A stretch of 64,000 bases of DNA from an uncultured Pseudomonadota bacterium (GTDB lineage: Bacteria > Vulcanimicrobiota > Vulcanimicrobiia > Eremiobacterales > Eremiobacteraceae), in contig CAVTNB010000001.1 of NCBI GenBank assembly GCA_963736005.1, positions 704,001 to 768,000 on the forward strand, read 5' to 3'. The position numbers and the translations under genes were made by a program. Shown here one piece after another: positions 18,597-27,813 of the stretch; positions within the stretch are counted from its first letter, which is position 1; every line of letters starts with the position of its first letter. The notes under the pieces are model-generated. The model was not told the origin of the DNA. It did not search any database and was given only the letters and a program-made list of their open reading frames with translations.

Positions 18597-19541
18597 ATGA
18601 GCGACGAACGACAACCGCAGCAATACGAGGATTTTGGTTCAGCGGCAGAAGTAGCGCTTGGCCTTTTGCGCGAGAAAGTGGGATTGCAGTTTTGGATGAT
18701 CACCCGACTTGCGGGCGACGAACTGATCGTCCTGAATTGCGTTGGCAATAATTTCGCAGTGAAAAATGGCGACAGCATGTTGTGGACGGACACGATATGC
18801 TCGCGCATGCTCGCCGGCAGCGGACCGCGCGTTGCTCCAAAGGTGGCCGAGGTTCCCGCATACGCTGGCGCGCCTCTCACACAAGCTCTGCACATCGGCG
18901 CGTACATAGGTGCTCCGCTTTCGCTCGCCGATGGCAAACTGTACGGCATTCTTGCGGGCTTGGACCGAGAGCCCAAAGGCGATGACCTCAAATCGCAGCA
19001 GTGGCTCGTCGAGATGGTGGCTGGGTTGCTCGGTGCGATCGTCTCGCGCGAGAAAAGCGCGGGTGACAGCGCGCACCAGATTGTCGCCGAAGGCGGCGAA
19101 GTGCTCGTTGATAAGCTGACGCAAACGTTCAATCGCCGGGCTTGGGATCGCATCCTCGTAGCCGAAGAGTCGCGTTGCGCGCGCCACAATCATTCAGCTT
19201 GCGTGATTTGTGTTGACATCGATGGTCTGCGCGCCGTGAACGACTCGCAAGGCCGCGATAAGGGAGACGAGATGCTCGTGCGAGCCGCGCAGATTCTCAA
19301 GCGCGCGTGTCGCGGCTACGACATCGTTGCCCGCACGGGTGAGGACGAATTCGCCATTCTCGCGGTGGAGTGCGGCCTCAAGGGCGCTAAGGGTATGTTC
19401 GACCGCATCAACGGCGGGTTTGCGAAAGATGAGATCAAAGCGTCGTTGGGCATCGCGTTACGCAATGCCAACACCGGCTTGCCCCGCACATTTGACGAGG
19501 CAACCAACACGCTGCTCAACGCGAAGCGCATTAGGACGTAG
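18597..19541 (+). CDS. GAF + GGDEF domain protein with a degenerate active site (GEDEF)
   Basis: GAF with AYIGAPL; DKLTQTFNRR, DIDGLRAVND, RGYDIVARTGEDEF. Confidence 0.88.
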   Translation: MSDERQPQQYEDFGSAAEVALGLLREKVGLQFWMITRLAGDELIVLNCVGNNFAVKNGDSMLWTDTICSRMLAGSGPRVAPKVAEVPAYAGAPLTQALHIGAYIGAPLSLADGKLYGILAGLDREPKGDDLKSQQWLVEMVAGLLGAIVSREKSAGDSAHQIVAEGGEVLVDKLTQTFNRRAWDRILVAEESRCARHNHSACVICVDIDGLRAVNDSQGRDKGDEMLVRAAQILKRACRGYDIVARTGEDEFAILAVECGLKGAKGMFDRINGGFAKDEIKASLGIALRNANTGLPRTFDEATNTLLNAKRIRT

Positions 19542-20442
19542 CAGCCTGAAAGTATTTTGACGTCAGCGGGTGGTCCAGATGCGCCGCGATGAGGAGAGAT
19601 GCCTGGACAACGCCCTCGAGATCCACGCCGGTCTGAATCCCCATCCCGTCTAACATATAAATGAGATCTTCGGTGGCGAGGTTCCCGGCCGCGCCCGGCG
19701 CGTAGGGGCAGCCGCCCAGACCACCCGCAGACGAATCAAAAATTGCGATTCCGGAAAGCAACCCGGCAACAACATTCGCCAGCGCCGTGCCGCGCGTGTC
19801 GTGGAAATGGAGCGCCAGCCGCCCCGGGTCCACGGTACGCAAGAGCAGCGCGCATACCTGAGCAACTTGTGTTGGCGTTGCAACGCCGATCGTGTCGCCG
19901 ACGCTGATCTCGTCGACGCCGAGTGCCAGCAGTTTGCCGACCACGTCAATCACCGCTTGGGGCTTGACCTCGCCTTCGTAGGGGCAACCGAAGCCCGTTG
20001 ACACGTAGCCTCTGACGCGCATGTCCATCTTTTTGGCGCGTTCCACGACCGGTGCGAATCGTTCAAGTGACTGGGCGATTGTCGCATTGATATTGTGGTT
20101 GGCAAACGACTCCGAGGCCGCCGTGAAGAGGGCAATTTCGTGCGCCCCGGCGCTAACGGCCCGGTCTAAGCCACGCTCGTTCGGAACAAGCACTGGATAA
20201 CGAACTCCAGGCTTGCGGTCGATAGACTGCATCACGTCTTCTGCATCCGCAAGTTGCGGGATCGACTCTGGGCGCACGAACGACGTCACTTCGATGGCGG
20301 GAAGTCCGGCATCCGAGAGCGCGTTGACAAAGGCTACTTTGACCGCGGTGGGGATGCTGACGGCTTCGTTTTGCAGACCGTCGCGCGGTCCCACTTCAAC
20401 GACCGTCACTCGCTTGGGAAGCGATGAGAATGCTGCACCCAT
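19531..20442 (-). CDS. liuE: Hydroxymethylglutaryl-CoA lyase
   Basis: EVGPRDGLQNE, HFHDTRG, GLGGCPYAPGAAGNLATED. Confidence 0.96.
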   Translation of the reverse strand: MGAAFSSLPKRVTVVEVGPRDGLQNEAVSIPTAVKVAFVNALSDAGLPAIEVTSFVRPESIPQLADAEDVMQSIDRKPGVRYPVLVPNERGLDRAVSAGAHEIALFTAASESFANHNINATIAQSLERFAPVVERAKKMDMRVRGYVSTGFGCPYEGEVKPQAVIDVVGKLLALGVDEISVGDTIGVATPTQVAQVCALLLRTVDPGRLALHFHDTRGTALANVVAGLLSGIAIFDSSAGGLGGCPYAPGAAGNLATEDLIYMLDGMGIQTGVDLEGVVQASLLIAAHLDHPLTSKYFQAATS

Positions 20443-20445
20443 GCG

Positions 20446-22458
20446 TTACCCTTCCGTCAGCAGGACCAGCACTTCACCTGCGCTGACCGTCTGACCGGGC
20501 TGCACCAAGACTTTGGTGACGGTGCCAGGGTAGGGGGCGACGACCGTGTGCTCCATCTTCATCGCCTCCATGACCACCAAAACCGTAAACGCGCTGACGG
20601 CGTCACTTGGTTTGACGTTTACTTTGACAATCGTGCCGCTCATCGGCGCCTGCACCGAGCCTGTCGCGGCATCGGTGCCTTGCCGGTGCACCGTCTGCGC
20701 GGATGCTGACGGCGGTTGCGCCACGACGAACTTCGCTACCTCTCCCCGCAGGCTCGAGGCAACTCCTTCGGGGGTACGCCAAGCTGCAAACTTTAATCGG
20801 CTGCCGTCCGACGTCAACGTGAAGACGCCGCCTCCGAGCGACTGGATTTGCGCTTCTCTATTCTCGGCGCTGCAATGCCACGCGCTTTCATTGTACAGCC
20901 AGCGTGCTTCAATCCGGACTGGGGGTTCGACAAAGTCGATGATGCGTGGATTGGCGGTGTGTCGCCACGCGCCAAGGCTCAGAATTGCGTTCGCCGGCTT
21001 TGCAGGCGGCGAGATTGGCAGCGCCGCAAGCGCGCCGGCTGCTGCGAGCGCCGCAAGATCACGATCCTCGCGGGGCACAAATTTATTCGCGACGCCAAGG
21101 TGTTTTTCGATAAAGTCAGTCTGGGTCTGACCCGCGACGAAATCTGGTTGATCGACAAGCCAGCGCAAGAATCCAATGTTGGTTGCGACGCCGCCAACGA
21201 TATATTCGTCTAGCGCTTGACGAAGCAAACGGATGCACTCGGTGCGAGTCTCCGCATGGGCGATGAGCTTCGCGATCATCGAGTCGTAGGCCGCCGACAC
21301 GATTGATCCCGCTTCGATCGCAACGTCGTTGCGCACGCCCGGTCGCTTTGGGGGCTCGAAGCTCGTAATGCGGCCCGTCGATGGGAGGAAACCCGCAGCG
21401 ATATCCTCGGCATAGACGCGCACTTCGATGGCGTGCCCGCGAGGTTCGATACGCGCGAATGAACTCGCGCGACTATACTCGAGTTCGCGGCCGGCGGCGA
21501 TCCACAGCTGTTCCCGAACCAAATCCATTCCGGTGACCATTTCGGTTGCCGGATGCTCCACTTGCAGCCGTGCGTTCATCTCCAAAAAATAAAAACTGCC
21601 GTTCTCATCGAGCATGAATTCAACCGTGCCCGCATTTCGATACCCGACAGCCCGGGCGATCTTGATTGCAGCGTCTTGGAGCGCGCCTCGGAGCTCCATC
21701 CCTACCGCAGACGATGGTGATTCCTCGAGAATCTTTTGATAGCGCCGTTGAATCGAGCACTCCCGCTCGACGAAGGTCACGATATGTGCAAAGCTGTCTG
21801 CAAGAACTTGAATCTCGATGTGCCGCGGTGTCGCCACGTAGCGCTCGAGAAAGACTGTTGGATCGCCGAAGGCAGCTTGTGCTTCGCGCTGTGCTCCCTC
21901 GAGAGCCGTCTCGAACTGGGTGAGGTCCTGCACGAGGCGCATGCCTCTGCCGCCGCCGCCTGCCGCAGCCTTGATGAGGAGCGGAGGCCCGATCTGCCGA
22001 GCATGCGCCGCCAGAGTCTCAATGGATTGATCTCGCTCGCTATAACCCGCAACGACGGGAACACCGCACTCCATCGCTGTTTTCTTTGCGAAGATCTTGT
22101 CACCGACTGCGGCCATCGCATCGGGTGGAGGGCCGACGAACACGATGCCAGCTTGAGCGCACGCGCCGGCGAATGACGAATTTTCCGAGAGGAATCCATA
22201 GCCCGGATGGATGGCCTGCGCGCCCGAACGCCTCGCTGCTTCGATGATCGCATCGCCGCGCAGATATGAATCCTTGGGAGAAACCCCCCCGATTGGGATG
22301 GCTTCATCGCACACTTTGGTGTGAAGCGCGCCGGCATCTGCGTCGGAGTACACGGCGATTGACCGAACGCCAAGCTCCCGGCAGGTGCGCGCGACTCGCA
22401 CGGCGATTTCGCCGCGATTCGCGATGAGAACCGACTCGAACGGCTTTACTTGAGCCAC
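20446..22458 (-). CDS. liuD: Methylcrotonyl-CoA carboxylase alpha subunit (biotin carboxylase + BCCP)
   Basis: ANRGEIA, GGGGRGMR, ECSIQRR, EMNARLQVEH, EAMKM biotin site; operon context. Confidence 0.9.
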   Translation of the reverse strand: MAQVKPFESVLIANRGEIAVRVARTCRELGVRSIAVYSDADAGALHTKVCDEAIPIGGVSPKDSYLRGDAIIEAARRSGAQAIHPGYGFLSENSSFAGACAQAGIVFVGPPPDAMAAVGDKIFAKKTAMECGVPVVAGYSERDQSIETLAAHARQIGPPLLIKAAAGGGGRGMRLVQDLTQFETALEGAQREAQAAFGDPTVFLERYVATPRHIEIQVLADSFAHIVTFVERECSIQRRYQKILEESPSSAVGMELRGALQDAAIKIARAVGYRNAGTVEFMLDENGSFYFLEMNARLQVEHPATEMVTGMDLVREQLWIAAGRELEYSRASSFARIEPRGHAIEVRVYAEDIAAGFLPSTGRITSFEPPKRPGVRNDVAIEAGSIVSAAYDSMIAKLIAHAETRTECIRLLRQALDEYIVGGVATNIGFLRWLVDQPDFVAGQTQTDFIEKHLGVANKFVPREDRDLAALAAAGALAALPISPPAKPANAILSLGAWRHTANPRIIDFVEPPVRIEARWLYNESAWHCSAENREAQIQSLGGGVFTLTSDGSRLKFAAWRTPEGVASSLRGEVAKFVVAQPPSASAQTVHRQGTDAATGSVQAPMSGTIVKVNVKPSDAVSAFTVLVVMEAMKMEHTVVAPYPGTVTKVLVQPGQTVSAGEVLVLLTEG

Positions 22459-23225
22459 GCTGGGCGGCGCTTGTCGAGAAAGGCGCGCAAGCCTTCTTGG
22501 CCCTCGGCGCTGATGCGCTGGCTTGCGATCCGTTCGGCCGTCCAGTGTCGCGCCTCCTCGGCGCTTAAGCCGCTGACCGTTCGGGCAATTTCTTTGGCAA
22601 GCCGGGCGGCGGACGGCCCACTCGTGAGCACTTCGCCGACCTTGCTTTCCGTCGAGGCGTCGAGCTGTCCGGGCGGGACGACCTCGTGCACCAATCCGAT
22701 TCGCAACGCACGCTCGGCACGAAAGCGCTCAGCGCTCGGGAAGAGCGCTCGCGCGTGACTCCGGCCAATTTTGCGCAGAACAAAAGGCGAAATAACCGCG
22801 GGCACGATGCCAAGTTTCGCTTCAGTGAACCCGAACAGGGCATCTTCTTCTGCAATCACGATGTCGCAGACTGCGATGAGCCCCGCTCCCCCGCCAAGCG
22901 CGGCGCCTTGCACTTTCGCGATGATCGGACACGGACAGTTGTCAATCGCGGCAAACATGTCGGACAATCGCAATGCGTCTTCGAAGTTTTGTGTTTCGGA
23001 GAGCGCGAGGGCGGCGCGCATGTACTTGATGTCCGCACCCCCGCAGAAGATCGCACCCTCTCCCTCGAGGACTACCGCGCGTAAAGATTCTTGACGCCCG
23101 AACTCCAAAAACATCTCGGTCAACGTGGCAATCGTCTCGATGTCCAAAGCATTGCGCACATCCGGGCGATTGAGTCGCACGTGGGTGACTTTTCCATCCT
23201 CGATCAGGCGCACTGGGTCGGGCAT
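22446..23225 (-). CDS. liuC: Methylglutaconyl-CoA hydratase (enoyl-CoA hydratase family)
   Basis: LNRPDVRNA, FCGGADI, GAALGGG, EAKLGIVPAVISP; lies between the MCC subunits. Confidence 0.88.
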   Translation of the reverse strand: MPDPVRLIEDGKVTHVRLNRPDVRNALDIETIATLTEMFLEFGRQESLRAVVLEGEGAIFCGGADIKYMRAALALSETQNFEDALRLSDMFAAIDNCPCPIIAKVQGAALGGGAGLIAVCDIVIAEEDALFGFTEAKLGIVPAVISPFVLRKIGRSHARALFPSAERFRAERALRIGLVHEVVPPGQLDASTESKVGEVLTSGPSAARLAKEIARTVSGLSAEEARHWTAERIASQRISAEGQEGLRAFLDKRRPAWLK

Positions 23226-23245
23226 TTGCAATCATCCCCTACGAT

Positions 23246-23376
23246 GGGCGACTTGACAGTCGCCCGCTACGTTTGTATTTGGGGCGATTTGCCAATCGCC
23301 CCCTACATTTCTCTGGGGCGACTTGACAGTCGCCCACTACGTTTGTGTTTGGGGCGATTTGCCAATCGCCCACTAC
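23246..23376 (-). repeat. Tandem array of four family-A REP palindromes (alternating A1-A2-A1-A2, ~70-bp period)
   Basis: GGGCGACTTGACAGTCGCCC and GGGCGATTTGCCAATCGCCC alternate, each followed by CTAC (GTAG on the minus strand). Confidence 0.95.
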
Positions 23377-23389
23377 ATTTCCGATTTCG

Positions 23390-24997
23390 TTACATGCGGA
23401 AGATGCCGAATTTGGTTGCGCGCGGTGGTGCGTTTGCGGCCGCGGAAATGCCTAGCGCCAGCACCTCACGCGTCTGTGCGGGATCGATGATGCCGTCATC
23501 CCAGAGTCTGGCAGTGCTATAATAAGGATTTCCCTCGGCCTCGTATTTGTCCAGAATCGGCTGCGTGAACTCGCGCTGCTCGTCTACGTTCATCGTCTTA
23601 CCCTGGCGCTCCATTCCTTCCATGCGCACGGTGAGCAGCACGCTTGCCGCTTGGGGTCCACCCATCACCGAGATGCGCGCATTTGGCCACATCCAAAGCT
23701 GCCGCGGCGAGTAGGCCCGCCCGCACATGCCATAGTTGCCCGCGCCGAACGAGCCGCCAATGATCACCGTGAATTTCGGCACTTGCGCGTTGGCGACCGC
23801 CATCACCATTTTTGCGCCGTCTTTAGCGATGCCGCCCTCCTCGTACTGCTTGCCCACCATAAAGCCCGTAATGTTCTGCAAGAAGACAAGCGGTATGCCT
23901 CGCTCGCAGCATAATTCTATGAAGTGGGTCGCCTTGAGCGCGCTCTGCGAGAAGAGAATTCCTTGATTGGCAATGATGCCGACTGGATAGCCTTCGATGT
24001 GCGCAAACCCGCAAACCACGGTTTGGCCGTAGAGTGCCTTAAACTCGTGAAACTCGCTTGCGTCGACAATGCGAGCGATGACCTCGTGCACGTCGTAGGG
24101 TTTGCGCCAGTCGCGCTGCACGATGCCATAGATTTCCCGTGGGTCATACGCCGGTGGTTGGGATTCTTGGATCGGCCAGGGCATCTTCTTCTCGTAAGCA
24201 AGGTTGGCCACGATCTCGCGGCAGATGCCCAGCGCTTGCTCGTCCGAGAGCGCGTAGTGGTCGGTGACGCCGGAGACGCGTGAATGCACGTCCGCGCCGC
24301 CCAACTCTTCGGCTGTGACAATCTCCCCAGTTGCGGCTTTCACCAAAGGAGGGCCGCCCAAAAAAATGGTGCCCTCGCCCTTGACGATGACGGTTTCGTC
24401 CGACATGGCCGGAACGTATGCGCCGCCTGCAGTGCACGAACCCATCACCGCCGCAATTTGCGCGATGCCCTTGCTCGACATGCGCGCTTGGTTGTAGAAA
24501 ATTCGTCCGAAGTGGTCGCGGTCGGGAAAGACCTCTGCCTGAAGCGGTAAGAATGCGCCGCCGGAATCAACCAAATACACGCACGGCAGATAGTTTTGCT
24601 CGGCGATTTCCTGCGCGCGCAGATGCTTTTTGACCGTGAGCGGAAAGTAGGTGCCGCCTTTGACCGTTGCATCGTTCGCCACGATAACGCACTCGCGCCC
24701 GCATACAACGCCAATCCCAGTGACTAAACCTGCGCTCGGCGCTTCGCCCTTGTACAGATCCCAGGCTGCGAGCGCGGAAAACTCGAGGAATGGCCTATCC
24801 GGATCGACGAGACGCGAAATCCGATCGCGCGCCGGCATTTTTTTTCGAGACACGTGCAACGCCATCGCCTCCGCGCCGCCACCCTGACTCACTCGCGCGG
24901 TGCGTGCGGAAAGTTCGCTCAGTAAATCGGTAAAGAACTGGCGATTGTGGGCGAATTCGGGCGACGAAGTATCGACGCGCGTCTGGAGAACGGCCAT
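23390..24997 (-). CDS. liuB: Methylcrotonyl-CoA carboxylase beta (carboxyltransferase) subunit
   Basis: [56 protein letters not shown]. Confidence 0.96.
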   Translation of the reverse strand: MAVLQTRVDTSSPEFAHNRQFFTDLLSELSARTARVSQGGGAEAMALHVSRKKMPARDRISRLVDPDRPFLEFSALAAWDLYKGEAPSAGLVTGIGVVCGRECVIVANDATVKGGTYFPLTVKKHLRAQEIAEQNYLPCVYLVDSGGAFLPLQAEVFPDRDHFGRIFYNQARMSSKGIAQIAAVMGSCTAGGAYVPAMSDETVIVKGEGTIFLGGPPLVKAATGEIVTAEELGGADVHSRVSGVTDHYALSDEQALGICREIVANLAYEKKMPWPIQESQPPAYDPREIYGIVQRDWRKPYDVHEVIARIVDASEFHEFKALYGQTVVCGFAHIEGYPVGIIANQGILFSQSALKATHFIELCCERGIPLVFLQNITGFMVGKQYEEGGIAKDGAKMVMAVANAQVPKFTVIIGGSFGAGNYGMCGRAYSPRQLWMWPNARISVMGGPQAASVLLTVRMEGMERQGKTMNVDEQREFTQPILDKYEAEGNPYYSTARLWDDGIIDPAQTREVLALGISAAANAPPRATKFGIFRM

Positions 24998-25062
24998 GAA
25001 CAGCCTGCTCCTTTCCTATCCAAAGGGACGCAGCCTGCTCGACGCCAACTCACCGGAGCTAG

Positions 25063-25941
25063 ATGCCAAAACTCTTTGAGTGCGTGCCGAACATTTCAGA
25101 GGGCAGGCGTGCAGACGTCGTTGCGAAGATCGGGCAACTGGCGGCCGATGCTCCCGGCGTGACGCTCATCGATACGCAAAGCGATCCATCACATAACCGC
25201 TCGGTGTACACGCTCGTCGGCAGTGGCGACGGCGTGGTTGAGGCGGCGTTGCGCTTGGCGGGAGGCGCCATCGAGAACATCGACTTGCGCACCCACCACG
25301 GAGAACATCCGCGCATGGGGGCAGTCGACGTCATCCCCTTCATCCCACTCGATGGCGCCAGCATGGATGAAGCCGTGCTGCTAGCGCGGCGTTGCGCTCA
25401 GGGCCTGTGGGAACGCTATCGCGTTCCCTCTTATTTTTATGAGGCGGCGGCCACGCGCCCCGAGCGACGCGATCTTGCGGCGGTTCGCAAGGGCCAGTTC
25501 GAAGGTCTGCTCACCGCCGTCAAAGAGCCCGACCGCCGTCCGGACGTGGGCGAGCCGGAGCTGCATCCCTCGGCTGGGGCGATTGCCGTTGGTGCTCGGG
25601 ACTTTTTGATCGCCTTCAACGTGAATCTGGCGACCGCGGACGTCAAAGTTGCCGAGCGTATCGCAGTTGCGGTGCGCCAGCGCAGCGGCGGTTTGGCCGG
25701 GATCAAGGCATTGGGGTTCTCGCTACCTGACAATATCGTGCAAGTCTCGATGAACGTAGTCAACGTCAACGCAATTCCACTTTACCGCGTCACCGAACTC
25801 ATTCGCCGCGAGGCGGCCGCCGCCGGCGTCAGCATCTGTGGCTGCGAACTCGTCGGCCTGGCGCCGCTCCGCGCCATCTTGGCCAGCGCCTCCTACTATC
25901 TTCACTTCGAGAACGTGGACCGCTCGCAGATAACGTGGTAG
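25063..25941 (+). CDS. ftcD: Glutamate formimidoyltransferase (transferase domain only)
   Basis: ECVPNISEGR, DPSHNRSV, GEHPRMGAVDVIPF, GARDFLIAFN, QVSMN. Confidence 0.95.
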   Translation: MPKLFECVPNISEGRRADVVAKIGQLAADAPGVTLIDTQSDPSHNRSVYTLVGSGDGVVEAALRLAGGAIENIDLRTHHGEHPRMGAVDVIPFIPLDGASMDEAVLLARRCAQGLWERYRVPSYFYEAAATRPERRDLAAVRKGQFEGLLTAVKEPDRRPDVGEPELHPSAGAIAVGARDFLIAFNVNLATADVKVAERIAVAVRQRSGGLAGIKALGFSLPDNIVQVSMNVVNVNAIPLYRVTELIRREAAAAGVSICGCELVGLAPLRAILASASYYLHFENVDRSQITW

Positions 25942-27218
25942 AGTCGCAGCGCGGAAAGAAGTTCGGGCGATTACCCTCCTATTCCATTCACAATGCAACG
26001 CTCCTTAGTCTTGCTCCGCTCGCTGCGGCTGCCGGAGCACAGGCGCAGATCCAGGCAGACGATCTTGGAGTGATCGAGCGCGGCACGCTGCTCGTTGAGA
26101 ACGGGGTCATCACGGCTGTCGGCTTGCACAAGGAGTGTGCGGCGGCCGTCGCGCACGCGCGCTCTCGATTCTCTCGTTTCGAGGAGCACGACGCGGCAGG
26201 CGACGTGGTCATGCCCGGGTTCGTCGACGCTCATACGCATGCGCTCTTTGCGGGCAATCGAATTTCGGATTTCGAAGACTTAGCGGCGGGCCGGAAGCCT
26301 TCGCTTGGCATGGCATATACGATCGAGCAAACGCGCGCCGCGGGCGAAGCAGCGCTGTTGGAGATCGGCGCGCGTCATCTGACGCTCATGCGCGATCACG
26401 GCACCACAACGGCCGAGGTCAAAAGCGGCTACGAGCTCAACGTGCAGGGGGAGTTGCTCCTTCTCTCCGTGATGGCACGTTTGGGGGCGCGGCCGGATCT
26501 GCCCCGCATCGTGCCCACGTTTTGCGGCGCTCACGCGCTTGCTCCTGAGTTTGACGACTACGACGCGTTCGTCGACGAATTGTGCGATCGCATCTTGCCG
26601 CGCGTCGCCGAGCAAGGGATAGCCTGGTTTGCCGATGCCTTTTGTGAAACCGGATTTTTTACTCCGCAACAATCCGAGCGCTTTCTGCGAGCGTGCGCCG
26701 CCACCGGACTCCGCTTGCGCATCCACGCCGACGAGCTGGCCAAAAGTGGCGGCGCCCAGGTGGCAGCCAAGCTGCGTACGATGTCCGTCGATCATCTCAA
26801 CTTCGTCGACAAAGAGGGCATCGAAGCAATTGCGGCCGCCGGATGCGTTGCCGTGCTGTGCCCTGGCACAGTCGAATACCTGGCGCTTTCAACCTATGCG
26901 CCCGCTCGCAAGCTGATCGAGGCAGGAGTACCGGTCGCCCTTGCAACCGATTTTAATCCGGGAACCTGCCCCTGCTTCTCGCTGCAGACAGTCGCGTATC
27001 TCGCGCGCAGTCGGATGGGTATGACCGCCCACGAGACCATCGTGGCGATCACCCTCAACGCCGCCTACTCGCTCGGTTTGGCGGGCGAAATCGGCACTCT
27101 CACGGCGGGCAAACGGGCCGACGTTGTCGTCCTTGGCACGAGCGATTATCGAGAGCTCGGCTACTTTTTCGGCACCAATTTGGTGACCGTCGGATTCATC
27201 GGAGCGAAAAGTGGTTAA
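25935..27218 (+). CDS. hutI: Imidazolonepropionase
   Basis: PGFVDAHTH, GTTTAEVKSGY, DAFCE, HADEL, ATDFNPG. Confidence 0.93.
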   Translation: MVESQRGKKFGRLPSYSIHNATLLSLAPLAAAAGAQAQIQADDLGVIERGTLLVENGVITAVGLHKECAAAVAHARSRFSRFEEHDAAGDVVMPGFVDAHTHALFAGNRISDFEDLAAGRKPSLGMAYTIEQTRAAGEAALLEIGARHLTLMRDHGTTTAEVKSGYELNVQGELLLLSVMARLGARPDLPRIVPTFCGAHALAPEFDDYDAFVDELCDRILPRVAEQGIAWFADAFCETGFFTPQQSERFLRACAATGLRLRIHADELAKSGGAQVAAKLRTMSVDHLNFVDKEGIEAIAAAGCVAVLCPGTVEYLALSTYAPARKLIEAGVPVALATDFNPGTCPCFSLQTVAYLARSRMGMTAHETIVAITLNAAYSLGLAGEIGTLTAGKRADVVVLGTSDYRELGYFFGTNLVTVGFIGAKSG

Positions 27219-27273
27219 GATGAGGTTTTGGTATGACGCCCGCGGGAATGCTACATAATAGTATGATCGCGTC

Positions 27274-27813
27274 ATGAAGACGTTTAGGCGTCAGTACCCG
27301 AGCAGCTACCCGTCGGTGCCAAAAGCCCGGCGCGACGTTGCCGCATTTGCCCGCAGCTGCGGGCTCTATCCAAACGACATCAATGACATTGCTTTGGCCG
27401 CTGGTGAGGCGTGCAACAACGCCGCCGAGCACGGACATGTGGCTGCGGGCCATTTTACGGTTCGTTGTGCATATGAAAACGGCGAGTTGACCATTGAAGT
27501 CATCGATCGCGGGGCCGGCTTCGATCCCACGGGAAAAGGCGAGTGCAGCGATCCTGAAAACCTGGGGATGCGCGGGCTCGGCATTTTCATCATGCGATCG
27601 CTCATGGACGACATTTGCTTCACGGTTCAGAAATCCGGCACGTCGGTGAAGCTCACCAAATATGCGCTGCGCGAGACGCCCGTCACGGTCGCCGGCTTGC
27701 TGAAAGGAAATGGCGTGGCGGGCCCGCGCTTGACCCTAGCGGCCGTTCACGACCGGCTCAAATCGCTTTTGAAACTCGCTCGGTTCCAATCGGGCGGCCG
27801 CCGCCAGCGCTAA
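27274..27813 (+). CDS. Anti-sigma factor / RsbW-like HATPase
   Basis: EACNNAAEHG N-box, DRGAGF G1 box, RGLGIFIMRSLMD. Confidence 0.88.
   Translation: MKTFRRQYPSSYPSVPKARRDVAAFARSCGLYPNDINDIALAAGEACNNAAEHGHVAAGHFTVRCAYENGELTIEVIDRGAGFDPTGKGECSDPENLGMRGLGIFIMRSLMDDICFTVQKSGTSVKLTKYALRETPVTVAGLLKGNGVAGPRLTLAAVHDRLKSLLKLARFQSGGRRQR

Noticed and set aside
23246..23376. CRISPR array
   Set aside because: The spacers are only about 8-10 nt and repeat themselves, the units alternate between two variants, the same palindromes are scattered across the window, and there are no cas genes
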